A DNA stretch of 11,120 bases from Fidelibacterota bacterium (lineage in GTDB: Bacteria; Fidelibacterota; Marinisomatia; Marinisomatales; TCS56), in assembly GCA_043822705.1 (NCBI GenBank), contig JBDRBK010000210.1:1-11120 (forward strand). The letters run 5' to 3'. A program made the translations under genes and the position numbers. The notes beneath the pieces are model-generated. The model did not search any database. It was not told the origin of the DNA and saw only the letters and a program-made list of their open reading frames with translations. This document shows positions 1-8,266 of the stretch, piece after piece. Within the stretch, counting starts at the first letter, position 1; every line of letters begins with the position of its first letter.

Positions 1-357
1 TTGATCACAGGTGGTTTTGTATACATGGCCCAGCCACCGCTCTATCGTCTGCGCCGTGGCAAGAAGGAATTATATGCCTACGATGATAATGAGCGCGACA
101 TTCTGATGGATCGCCTGAACAAGGAAAACAAAACCCAGAAAGTGGATATTCAGCGTTACAAAGGGCTTGGAGAAATGAATCCGGAACAACTCTGGTCTAC
201 CACCATGGATCCGGAACGGCGTTCCCTGCTGCAGGTCACGATCAGTGACGCGGTCGAGGCTTCGATGACCTTTACCGATCTGATGGGCAACGATGTGGAG
301 GCCCGCCGGAAATTCATCGAGAATAATGCCAAATTCGTTGTTAATCTGGACGTATAA
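1..357 (+). CDS. gyrB: DNA gyrase subunit B, C-terminal fragment (gene starts upstream of the window)
   Basis: GyrB C-terminal motifs [42 protein letters not shown] and terminal NLDV; lies directly upstream of gyrA. Confidence 0.97.
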   Translation: MITGGFVYMAQPPLYRLRRGKKELYAYDDNERDILMDRLNKENKTQKVDIQRYKGLGEMNPEQLWSTTMDPERRSLLQVTISDAVEASMTFTDLMGNDVEARRKFIENNAKFVVNLDV

Positions 358-401
358 AGACCGAAAAACATTTAAGCTGATTGTTAAAATAGAGGATTGC
401 C

Positions 402-2921
402 GTGGATATTTCCCGTGAAAATATAATGAACCGCGATATTGTTGAAGAGATGCGCGAAAGTTATCTCAATTATTCTATGTCGGTGATTGTGTCGCGCGCC
501 TTGCCTGATGTGCGTGATGGCCTGAAGCCGGTCCACCGCCGGATTCTATACGGCATGAATGACCTGGGCGTGCTGTGGAACCGCGCCCATAAAAAATCGG
601 CCCGTATTGTTGGTGATGTGATGGGTAAATATCACCCGCACGGCGATTCGTCAGTTTATGACGCGCTGGTCCGGATGGCCCAGCATTTTTCGATGCGCTA
701 TCAACTTGTCGACGGACAAGGCAACTTCGGATCGGTCGACGGTGACAGTGCCGCGGCCATGCGATATACCGAAGCTCGCATGTCCCGCATCGCCGGTGAA
801 ATGCTGCGCGACCTAGAAAAGGATACGGTCGATTTCGTTCCCAATTTTGATGAAACCCTGAAAGAACCAGCCGTTCTGCCGGCGGCCATCCCGACCCTGC
901 TGATCAACGGTTCCGAGGGTATTGCCGTAGGTATGGCCACAAAAATACCGCCCCATAACCTGACGGAAGTCGTCTCCGCCACAATAGCCCTGATCGACAA
1001 CCCGGAGCTTACCGTTTCCGATTTGATGGAATATGTTAAGGGTCCGGATTTTCCAACGGCAGCCATGATTCAGGGTGTGGACGGTATCCGCCAGGCTTAT
1101 GAAACCGGACGCGGCAAACTGTTGATGCGGGCACGGGCGGTGGTTGAGACCAACAAACAGGGCCGCAGCAGTATTATAATCAATGAAATTCCCTACCAGG
1201 TTAACAAAGCCAATTTAATTGAAGCGATTGCCGATCTGGTGCGTAATAAACGTGTTGACGGTATTTCTGATATCCGGGATGAATCCGATAAGGAAGGTAT
1301 CCGGATAGTAGTCGAGACCAAGCGCGACGCCATTCCCGAGGTGGTACTGAATCAACTTTATGCATTCACACAGCTTCAGGATACTTACGGGATAATTCTT
1401 CTGGCGCTGGTCAACGGCGTGCCCAAGGTACTGACGCTGCGTCAGATCATCCAGCATTTTATTGATTTTCGCCACATTGTCCTGGTCCGGCGGACAAAAT
1501 TCGACCTTAATGTAGCCGAAGAGCGGGCTCATATCCTGGAAGGGTTAAAAATCGCACTGGACAATATCGACGAGGTAATCGCAATTATCCGAGGCAGCAA
1601 AGATGTTACCCACGCCCGCGAAGGGTTAATGAATTCGTTTGATTTATCAGAACGGCAGACCCAGGCGATCCTGGATATGCGCCTCCAGAGACTGACCGGC
1701 CTGGAAGTTGAAAAAGTCGTCGCCGAATACAAGGAAACCATTAAGCTGATCGCTATGCTAAAAGGTGTCCTGGAAAGTCGCGCCCAGCGAATGGCAATCA
1801 TTAAGGAGGAGCTGGAAAATATCCGCGCTATTTATGGCGATGAACGGCGCACCGAAATCCTGCCCTTTGGCAAGGATTTTTCGGTCGAAGATATGATCGC
1901 CGAAGAAGATACGGTCATTACAATTACCCACGAAGGTTATATAAAAAGAACGCCGGTAGGAACCTACCGGAGCCAGCGCCGCGGAGGGCGTGGTCTACAG
2001 GGCGCCACCGCTAAAGACGACGACTTTGTGGAACATTTGTTTATTGCCAACACACACAATCATATCCTTTTCTTCACCGATCAGGGCAAGTGTTATTGGC
2101 TGAAAGTACATGAAATTCCCCAGGGCGGCCGCGCGACGCGCGGGCGGGCGGTTGTAAACCTGATCGGTTGCCAGCCGGGCGAAAGAGTCGAGGCTTTTGT
2201 CAGCGTCAAAGATTTCGATGATGATCACTATATTGTTATGGCCACTAAGCGCGGGCTCGTGAAAAAGACCGTCCTTTCAGCCTACGGCAACCCGCGGCGA
2301 GGCGGTATTTATGCTATTGATATCCGGGAGGATGACAAACTGATCGACGCCCGCATCACTGACGGCGATAATGATATACTGCTCGGTACCAGAGAAGGTA
2401 AATCCATCCGTTTTTCCGAACAGAACATCCGGCCCAGCGGTCGTAAAACCATGGGCGTGCGCGGAATCATGCTGGCTACAAATGCCGATGAAGTGGTAGG
2501 AATGGTAATTATCAAGCGGGAGGGCACGATTCTGGTAGCAACCGAAAGGGGCTATGGAAAAAGGACTGATGTAATTCAATATCGGACACAGACCCGTGGC
2601 GGAAAAGGAATCATGACGATGCGGACAACCGAAAAAGTTGGAAAAATGGTTTCCATTATGGAGGTTGTAGACCCTGATGATTTAATGGTTATAACCGATC
2701 GCGGCGTTTTGATCCGGCAGCCAGTCTCTACGATCAGACCGATTGGCCGGGTCACGCAGGGCGTCCGCTTGATCAAGCTGGACGAGGGAACCTGCATTTC
2801 TTCAATTACCAGGGTTGTACGCGAGGAAGAGGACGCCGATATTCTGCCGGATATAACTGGTGACGACGATGATAAAGTAGTGACCGAAACAGACGATGAA
2901 CAAGGGCTCAGCGATACTTAA
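402..2921 (+). CDS. gyrA: DNA gyrase subunit A
   Basis: [24 protein letters not shown], catalytic AAMRYTE, GyrA-box QRRGGRG, beta-pinwheel repeats and an acidic C-terminal tail. GTG start with AGAGGA at 391-396. Confidence 0.98.
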   Translation: MDISRENIMNRDIVEEMRESYLNYSMSVIVSRALPDVRDGLKPVHRRILYGMNDLGVLWNRAHKKSARIVGDVMGKYHPHGDSSVYDALVRMAQHFSMRYQLVDGQGNFGSVDGDSAAAMRYTEARMSRIAGEMLRDLEKDTVDFVPNFDETLKEPAVLPAAIPTLLINGSEGIAVGMATKIPPHNLTEVVSATIALIDNPELTVSDLMEYVKGPDFPTAAMIQGVDGIRQAYETGRGKLLMRARAVVETNKQGRSSIIINEIPYQVNKANLIEAIADLVRNKRVDGISDIRDESDKEGIRIVVETKRDAIPEVVLNQLYAFTQLQDTYGIILLALVNGVPKVLTLRQIIQHFIDFRHIVLVRRTKFDLNVAEERAHILEGLKIALDNIDEVIAIIRGSKDVTHAREGLMNSFDLSERQTQAILDMRLQRLTGLEVEKVVAEYKETIKLIAMLKGVLESRAQRMAIIKEELENIRAIYGDERRTEILPFGKDFSVEDMIAEEDTVITITHEGYIKRTPVGTYRSQRRGGRGLQGATAKDDDFVEHLFIANTHNHILFFTDQGKCYWLKVHEIPQGGRATRGRAVVNLIGCQPGERVEAFVSVKDFDDDHYIVMATKRGLVKKTVLSAYGNPRRGGIYAIDIREDDKLIDARITDGDNDILLGTREGKSIRFSEQNIRPSGRKTMGVRGIMLATNADEVVGMVIIKREGTILVATERGYGKRTDVIQYRTQTRGGKGIMTMRTTEKVGKMVSIMEVVDPDDLMVITDRGVLIRQPVSTIRPIGRVTQGVRLIKLDEGTCISSITRVVREEEDADILPDITGDDDDKVVTETDDEQGLSDT

Positions 2922-3594
2922 GGATCGCTTGAGGCTGGTCCGCGAAAAGATAGTCGACGCCCAAAGGCGCAGCGGCAATTCCGGACCGGTAAAGATTATT
3001 GCAGTCACCAAGACGCAACCGATCGATATGATTGTTGCGGCGTATGAAAGCGGCATCAGGTGTATTGGTGAAAACAAAGTACAGGAAGCCAATGCAAAAT
3101 TTTTTCAATTAACCAATTTGGCCCACCTCGAGAAACGAATGATCGGCCACCTGCAATCCAATAAAATCAATAAAGCACTTCAGTTGTTCGACACAATTGA
3201 TTCCATAGACTCGGTCAAACTGGCGAGTAAAATCAGCCAGGTTGCGAATGCGGAAGGTCGTACGATCCCAACACAGCTTGAAATCAACACCAGCAAAGAA
3301 CCGGCTAAATTCGGTTTTGACCCACATGATATAGATGGAATGCTGGCTTGCTGTAATATGGACGGAATTGTGGTGGACGGATTAATGACAGTTGGACCGC
3401 TGATTAACGATATGTCGGAAGTGCGAAAAGCCTTCAACGGATTATTTAAACTCAGGGAAGAACTTAATCGGCAGCTAGGAAAAAAATTACAGCACCTATC
3501 GATGGGTATGAGTGGTGATTTCGAGATAGCAGTAGAACTGGGCAGCACCATGGTTCGCCTTGGAACAATCCTTTTTGGCGAGCGGCGGCAATAA
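2896..3594 (+). CDS. yggS: YggS/PLPBP family pyridoxal-phosphate homeostasis protein
   Basis: IAVTK (PLP lysine), [36 protein letters not shown]. The ATG overlaps the last 26 nt of gyrA; the exact start is less certain. Confidence 0.95.
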   Translation: MNKGSAILKDRLRLVREKIVDAQRRSGNSGPVKIIAVTKTQPIDMIVAAYESGIRCIGENKVQEANAKFFQLTNLAHLEKRMIGHLQSNKINKALQLFDTIDSIDSVKLASKISQVANAEGRTIPTQLEINTSKEPAKFGFDPHDIDGMLACCNMDGIVVDGLMTVGPLINDMSEVRKAFNGLFKLREELNRQLGKKLQHLSMGMSGDFEIAVELGSTMVRLGTILFGERRQ

Positions 3595-3596
3595 GC

Positions 3597-4202
3597 ATGA
3601 CCCAATCGAATTATCTTCCTGCCGTTTACTTGATTGCCGGTCCAGCGCCTTGGAATATCACAATTACCGACACAGTTTCCCTCGCCGGGCACTGTTATCA
3701 CGAAAAAAATAAGTACCGAATTATCTGGCCCGAAGAATTAAGTGCTAAGATCGTTTCCCCAGGAAATATCAGTCAACTACGCGACACACTGCTTATCAAT
3801 GAGATTATTCTTGTGGACAGGCTGCAGGGCATCGATTACCCGGCCTGCGTTGCTGGACACATTAATCGCAGTGGCACCAATTATCTAATTGGCCGAACAC
3901 CCTACCGCGACCTACCACGATTCCCAGACATGGGAGGCATATATTTACCAATTAATGACCTGAAAGCGATAAATGTTCACACTGTTGGCAGTCGGAGATT
4001 TGGTTGTTTACAAAGCAGGAACGAATATATACTCAGCGAGGGAATCGCATTGGTTGCTATGGTTATGCATTATAGCGGCCTCAAAATTCGGGCTGTTGGC
4101 GCCGATCCGGTAAGAATTAATCTGCTATCAAGGCTTCCTGATTTCATATATCCACACCAGGCCAGCAACAGTAAATGCAATATAAAGGATAGTGAGCACT
4201 AA
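3597..4202 (+). CDS. Divergent purine nucleoside phosphorylase (PNP/MTAP family 2)-like protein, catalytic motifs not recognisable
   Basis: Starts 2 nt after the yggS stop. HINRSGTNYLIG...PRFPDMGGIY resembles the trimeric PNP segment DHINxxGxNPLIG...PRFPDMSxxY, and MHYSGLKIRAVG resembles ARHSGLRVLGIS. The GSG, RxHxYEG and GPxYET motifs are absent. Confidence 0.6.
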   Translation: MTQSNYLPAVYLIAGPAPWNITITDTVSLAGHCYHEKNKYRIIWPEELSAKIVSPGNISQLRDTLLINEIILVDRLQGIDYPACVAGHINRSGTNYLIGRTPYRDLPRFPDMGGIYLPINDLKAINVHTVGSRRFGCLQSRNEYILSEGIALVAMVMHYSGLKIRAVGADPVRINLLSRLPDFIYPHQASNSKCNIKDSEH

Positions 4203-4207
4203 AACAC

Positions 4208-4235
4208 TTGACTTTCTGCTGTTTTCGGGTATACT
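4208..4235 (+). promoter_or_regulatory. Sigma70-type promoter for the HU / HU-TM-LysM operon
   Basis: TTGACT (4208-4213), 16-nt spacer, TATACT (4230-4235); lies between the upstream stop (4202) and the GGAGGA RBS at 4288-4293. Confidence 0.7.
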
Positions 4236-4299
4236 GTTTTGGTACGTAAATAATCTATATAACCTTGGAAAGTGTTCGCCCGAGGCCGGAGGAAATGGT

Positions 4300-4590
4300 A
4301 TGAATACAGCAGAAATAATAAAAGTGCTATCACAGAAACAGAGTAAAACCCAAGTAGAAACTCGTGCTATCATTGAAAAGACTATTGATACCTTGGTCGA
4401 ATCAATGGTCACAGAAGAACGGTTCACCATACCCGGCTTTGGTACCTTCGGAGCGCGATTGAAAGCGGCGCGAAACGCCTTCAATCCGGCCCTTAAGGAA
4501 ATAGTTGTTTTACCGGCCGTTAAAACTTGTTTCTTTCACCCCTCTTCTAACTTGAAAGAACAAGTTAAAAACAGGGGGGTTGTCGAATGA
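4300..4590 (+). CDS. HU/IHF family DNA-binding protein (96 aa)
   Basis: MNTAEII N-terminus, IPGFGTF, arm RNAFNP with the intercalating Pro, FHPSSNLKEQVK. The start is placed at ATG 4300 (GGAGGA 6 nt upstream) rather than the ORF-track 4192. Confidence 0.9.
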   Translation: MNTAEIIKVLSQKQSKTQVETRAIIEKTIDTLVESMVTEERFTIPGFGTFGARLKAARNAFNPALKEIVVLPAVKTCFFHPSSNLKEQVKNRGVVE

Positions 4591-5582
4591 TTAAAACAAC
4601 TTATACTGAAATTGTCGAGAGGGTGTCACTCAAAACGGGCCTGAGCAAGCAGGCGGCGCACGACACACTGAAGGATTTTATTGAATTAATTGAAGTTGGT
4701 TTACAGCGCGATGGGCACGTTACTATCAAAGCCTTAGGATCTTTTCGCATAAAAAAAGTTGCCGAACGCAAGGGCGTGAATCCAAGGACCGGCGATCCGA
4801 TAGTTATTCCAGCACACAACAAGGTGGTTTTTCGCCCAGATCCTATCATAAAACAGCGCCTTAACAAAGGAAGAAAAACAATGAAAAACAATGAAAAACC
4901 AAAAATTTCGATTGTTGACTATTGGCGGTCAAGCCGCCCGGTTCAAATAGCATCCGCGGTAGCGGCTGTTTTGTTGATAGTGGTTTTTGTTTTATCGGTT
5001 TTTAAAGGAGGTAACGACCAAATAGAAGAGGTGACTGTCGAAAAAATGACCGTGGAGACTGGAATTGTCGAAGCGATTGAACTCACAGAAACTGAACCGT
5101 TAGCCGCTACAGATCTCCCACTGTCTGACCAGACGCCGATTAAGGAAGCAAAAGCGGGCGAACAGAAAGTTGAACAAGTGACTTCTGTAAAAAGCGGTAC
5201 TACACACTTGATTAAAAAAGGTGAAAATTTATGGTCCTTGGCTGCCAAACATTATGGTGATCCTTATCTGTGGCCGCTAATATACCAGGCAAATCGCGAT
5301 GTAATTAAAAACCCCGACGTTCTTAAACCCGGCGCCAGTATTGTTTTTCCAGTATTGGATGAACCGGTGGACCAATTTACCGGAAAAGTTACTGGCAAAG
5401 ACCGTGAAAACCTGGCAATCGGCAATCTGTTAGCATTTCAGGCCTATAAGACATATGGAAAAGTTGATTTCAATGATTTTTACAGAGTTGCTAATAGGCT
5501 CGCCCCCGAAATTGTGAAAAAGCATATGGCGGAAATGTCGATGCCGGTATCGGAGTTAGCTTCGACCAAAACCCGGGATTAA
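4587..5582 (+). CDS. HU domain - single transmembrane helix - acidic linker - LysM domain fusion protein
   Basis: aa 1-94 HU domain (LGSF, RKGVNPRTGD, VFRP); aa 121-139 hydrophobic IASAVAAVLLIVVFVLSVF preceded by basic residues; aa ~206-255 LysM (HLIKKGENLWSLAAKHYGDPYLWPLIYQANRDVIKNPDVLKPGASIVFP). ATGA overlap with the upstream HU gene. Confidence 0.88.
   Translation: MIKTTYTEIVERVSLKTGLSKQAAHDTLKDFIELIEVGLQRDGHVTIKALGSFRIKKVAERKGVNPRTGDPIVIPAHNKVVFRPDPIIKQRLNKGRKTMKNNEKPKISIVDYWRSSRPVQIASAVAAVLLIVVFVLSVFKGGNDQIEEVTVEKMTVETGIVEAIELTETEPLAATDLPLSDQTPIKEAKAGEQKVEQVTSVKSGTTHLIKKGENLWSLAAKHYGDPYLWPLIYQANRDVIKNPDVLKPGASIVFPVLDEPVDQFTGKVTGKDRENLAIGNLLAFQAYKTYGKVDFNDFYRVANRLAPEIVKKHMAEMSMPVSELASTKTRD
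4873..4899 (+). repeat. 10-bp tandem repeat GAAAAACAAT x2.7 at the HU/TM junction
   Basis: gaaaaacaat gaaaaacaat gaaaaac read directly from the sequence. Confidence 0.8.
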
Positions 5583-5591
5583 AAACAGCAA

Positions 5592-5746
5592 AGCAGGCGC
5601 ACCTCCGAACTCCTGCTGCCGACAACAGCTTTTAATTATAAGAATATAGCTCAACGCGCAGGCGACAGTTTCATACTGCTAATGCTCTATGCGACGACAA
5701 ATGTGGATTGGTTGTGGAAATTTATGCTTGGGTGGGTGCGCCTGCT
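5592..5746. repeat. Perfect 12-bp inverted repeat enclosing a 155-nt intergenic element (candidate structured ncRNA)
   Basis: AGCAGGCGCACC (5592-5603) and GGTGCGCCTGCT (5735-5746); central hairpin CAGT-TTCAT-ACTG (5666-5678). The repeat is certain; RNA status is inferred. Confidence 0.6.
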
Positions 5747-5940
5747 AGTTAGGTTGGTCTGGAAAATATTCAGCGAAAAACCTTTCAATTATCTATTTGG
5801 ATAACGATTATTTATTTTCCTTCGCTTATTTTCGGTAAATTGCCAGAGTGAAAATGAAATTCGATTGAACGGCCCGAAGCCATTAAATTAAACCTCGAAA
5901 TTCTACTATGATCAGAATAAATCCACTGAAAAACGTCTCA

Positions 5941-6405
5941 ATGACGGCTAAAACCACAATAATATTATTTGTCCTCGCGTTTCAATTCGCCTGCAGCCCG
6001 GCGCATCCGGGGCAAGCGGAATTGAATATTAAAATGGTCGACGACAAAGAAGTGCCGGTGTTTGTTTCCTTGGCAGTTTCAAGGCAGGAAAAAAGAATCG
6101 GTCTCTCCGGCCGCGATGCGATTGGCTTTAATGAGGGTATGCTGTTTATCTACGGCAGCAACCAGCACGTATCATTTACCATGCGTGGAGCAAGAAATGA
6201 ACTGGACGTTGCCTTCCTAGACAGTACCGGCCATATCCAAGAAATATATAGCCTGATAATAGATCCCAATCTTGTATATCGCTCCAGTGAGAAATGTCGC
6301 TACGCCCTGCAGATGACATTTGAATGGTTTCAACAAAATCGAGTCGCCGTTGGCGACACGGTTGTCATTCCCGATGAAATAAAACGAATCAAGCCCATTT
6401 TTTAA
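5941..6405 (+). CDS. DUF192 family protein, probable lipoprotein
   Basis: GLSGR...EGMLFIY...FTM...LDVAFLD..G.I..I...YAL...VGDTV follows the DUF192 pattern. MTAKTTIILFVLAFQFA-C resembles a lipoprotein signal peptide. An alternative in-frame start exists at 5908. Confidence 0.8.
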   Translation: MTAKTTIILFVLAFQFACSPAHPGQAELNIKMVDDKEVPVFVSLAVSRQEKRIGLSGRDAIGFNEGMLFIYGSNQHVSFTMRGARNELDVAFLDSTGHIQEIYSLIIDPNLVYRSSEKCRYALQMTFEWFQQNRVAVGDTVVIPDEIKRIKPIF

Positions 6406-6457
6406 GTTATTATAATTGTAGAATTGAGACATTTCGCATTGCCCGTAAAATGAAATA

Positions 6458-7381
6458 ATGGGGGATAGTTCTCGTCAACGGGGAGTGATTTTTGCCGCAA
6501 TGGCTTTTATTTCATGGGGTTTGTTGCCGGTATACTGGAAAGCACTAGCGGCAGTTCCAGCACCAGAGCTGCTTGCACACCGAATATTCTGGTCCTTGAT
6601 TCTCGTCATTATAGCCATTACAATTCGCCGAGGTTGGGGTGATATATACAAAATTGTGCAATCACGACCATCAATCTTTTATCTATTAGCGACAAGTGTT
6701 CTGATCGCTATCAACTGGTTTGTTTTTATTTGGGCGGTTACCAATGGCTTTATTCTGGAATCGAGCTTGGGTTACTTCATAAATCCTATTTTCAATATCT
6801 TGCTGGGATATGTATTTCTGGGCGAGCGGTTACGGCGATTTCAAATTCCGGCTGTTGTATTAGCTTTGGTGGGAGTACTTAATTTGACCATTAGCGCAGG
6901 AAGATTTCCTTGGATAGCATTATCCCTGGCCGGCTCCTTTGGTGTTTACGGCCTTCTCCGTAAAAAAGTTGCCGCTGGCGCCTTAACCGGCCTGGCCTTT
7001 GAAACGGCGATTCTGTCGATTCCATCGGCCGGGTATCTGATTTTCTGTGAGATTAACGGAGTTGCCGCGCTGGGCCATATAAATTTTGTAACCGATATTC
7101 TATTGATTGGGGCCGGAATCGTAACCGCTCTCCCACTTTTGTGGTTCGCCTATGGCGTAAAGCGACTGACCCTGGCCACAGTAGGGTTTATCCAATACTT
7201 AGGCCCGACAGGAATGTTTCTCTTGAGTGTTTTTGTCTACAAGGAGACATTTACAGCCACACACCTTCTGACATTTATTCTGATTTGGTCCGGTCTTATG
7301 CTCTATTCTATCGAATCTTTTAAAAACAGCCAGACAAATAAAGCAAACGCGGCTATGTTATCAAGGCCTACTTATCGATAG
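6458..7381 (+). CDS. rarD: EamA/DMT superfamily transporter RarD
   Basis: About 10 hydrophobic segments; WGLLPVYWK, LAHRIFWS, SLGYFINP, LGERL, YGLLRK, GFIQYLGPT. Confidence 0.93.
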   Translation: MGDSSRQRGVIFAAMAFISWGLLPVYWKALAAVPAPELLAHRIFWSLILVIIAITIRRGWGDIYKIVQSRPSIFYLLATSVLIAINWFVFIWAVTNGFILESSLGYFINPIFNILLGYVFLGERLRRFQIPAVVLALVGVLNLTISAGRFPWIALSLAGSFGVYGLLRKKVAAGALTGLAFETAILSIPSAGYLIFCEINGVAALGHINFVTDILLIGAGIVTALPLLWFAYGVKRLTLATVGFIQYLGPTGMFLLSVFVYKETFTATHLLTFILIWSGLMLYSIESFKNSQTNKANAAMLSRPTYR

Positions 7382-7384
7382 CAT

Positions 7385-7819
7385 TCACTCTTCGGGTTCG
7401 ACCGGTCGACGGCGTATTTTTATTATGCTGCGATTTTTTTTCTTTTCAAGGCGCCGAAGGTCCGCCGCGGCAGGCGGATTAGTTTTCCGGCGTTGTTTCG
7501 GCTGTTCAGCCGCACGGCGGATCAGCGCCACAAACCGATCGAGCACGTCCCGACGATTCCGTTCCTGGGTCCGATAGCGGCGACCATCGATAATCAGGAA
7601 ACCATCGGTGGAAATTCTACCAGATGCGATAGTTAATAGCCTTTGGCGAACAAGCCCTGGAAGATGGTTTGAGGTTAATACATTAAAACGTAATTGGGCA
7701 GCGGTTGCAAGCTTATTAACATTTTGTCCACCAGGACCGGAGGAACGAATATATTGGATTAATATCTCGCCGAGGGGAATGGAGATTTCACTCGTTATTT
7801 CGAGTATTTTGTTTCTCAT
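7385..7819 (-). CDS. arfB: Alternative ribosome-rescue peptidyl-tRNA hydrolase ArfB (YaeJ)
   Basis: RSSGPGGQNVNK (GGQ motif), RTQERNR, and a basic C-terminal tail RRKT.P.....RRLEKKK.RS..K..R; 144 aa. Confidence 0.95.
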   Translation of the reverse strand: MRNKILEITSEISIPLGEILIQYIRSSGPGGQNVNKLATAAQLRFNVLTSNHLPGLVRQRLLTIASGRISTDGFLIIDGRRYRTQERNRRDVLDRFVALIRRAAEQPKQRRKTNPPAAADLRRLEKKKNRSIIKIRRRPVEPEE

Positions 7820-7851
7820 TAGGCTGCCGGGTAGTGTAATTTATAAAAACT

Positions 7852-8259
7852 TCATTCTGCTGCCATTTTATCTAAATCCGAACGGATATCCCCCTCAATT
7901 TTTATCGCCCGGCCCGACTGAAGGTCGACGACAACGAAGGTTACGGCGGCATTCACTACGATAATTTCGGTGTTTTCCAGAATAATTTGCTGGTTAATAA
8001 GTACGCTTTTATTTCCTATCCGTGCTACGGCGGAGGTAATTCTAAGAACGTCATCCATGGTGGCCGGGTACAGATAGTTAATATTGATATTAACTATCGA
8101 TAGCCCGAATCCCTTATTGTGCCATTCGCGACGATCAATAGAATTATCGAGTAATGCCCAGCGCGCTTCTTCCAGAAACTCAAGATAGCGGGCGTTGTTT
8201 ACGTGGCTATACAGATCAAGATGATAGCCACGAACTTTTATGGTGATTGAATTTTTCAT
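7852..8259 (-). CDS. YbgC/FadM (4HBT hot-dog fold) acyl-CoA thioesterase
   Basis: IKVRGYHLDLYSHVNNARYLEFLEEARW closely resembles the FadM/YbaW N-terminal motif; 135 aa. Confidence 0.9.
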   Translation of the reverse strand: MKNSITIKVRGYHLDLYSHVNNARYLEFLEEARWALLDNSIDRREWHNKGFGLSIVNININYLYPATMDDVLRITSAVARIGNKSVLINQQIILENTEIIVVNAAVTFVVVDLQSGRAIKIEGDIRSDLDKMAAE

Positions 8260-8266
8260 ATGGCAT

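Noticed and set aside
630..665. Possible quinolone-resistance substitutions in the GyrA QRDR
   Set aside because: [10 protein letters not shown] keeps Ser and Asp at the E. coli 83 and 87 equivalent positions.
402..2921. ParC identity or an intein in GyrA
   Set aside because: The GyrA-box is present, the length is normal, and the sequence around the catalytic Tyr is uninterrupted.
4192..4299. 36-aa N-terminal extension of the HU ORF in the ORF track
   Set aside because: It overlaps a good promoter; the GGAGGA RBS and typical HU N-terminus point to ATG 4300.
5592..5746. Retron msr/msd-like layout (terminal inverted repeats around ~150 nt)
   Set aside because: No reverse transcriptase in the window and no long msd-type hairpin; the resemblance is limited to the flanking inverted repeat.
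5761..5833. Short inverted and direct repeats (GGAAAATA/TATTTTCC; TTATTTTC twice)
   Set aside because: Short and AT-rich, so compatible with chance; no assignable operator.
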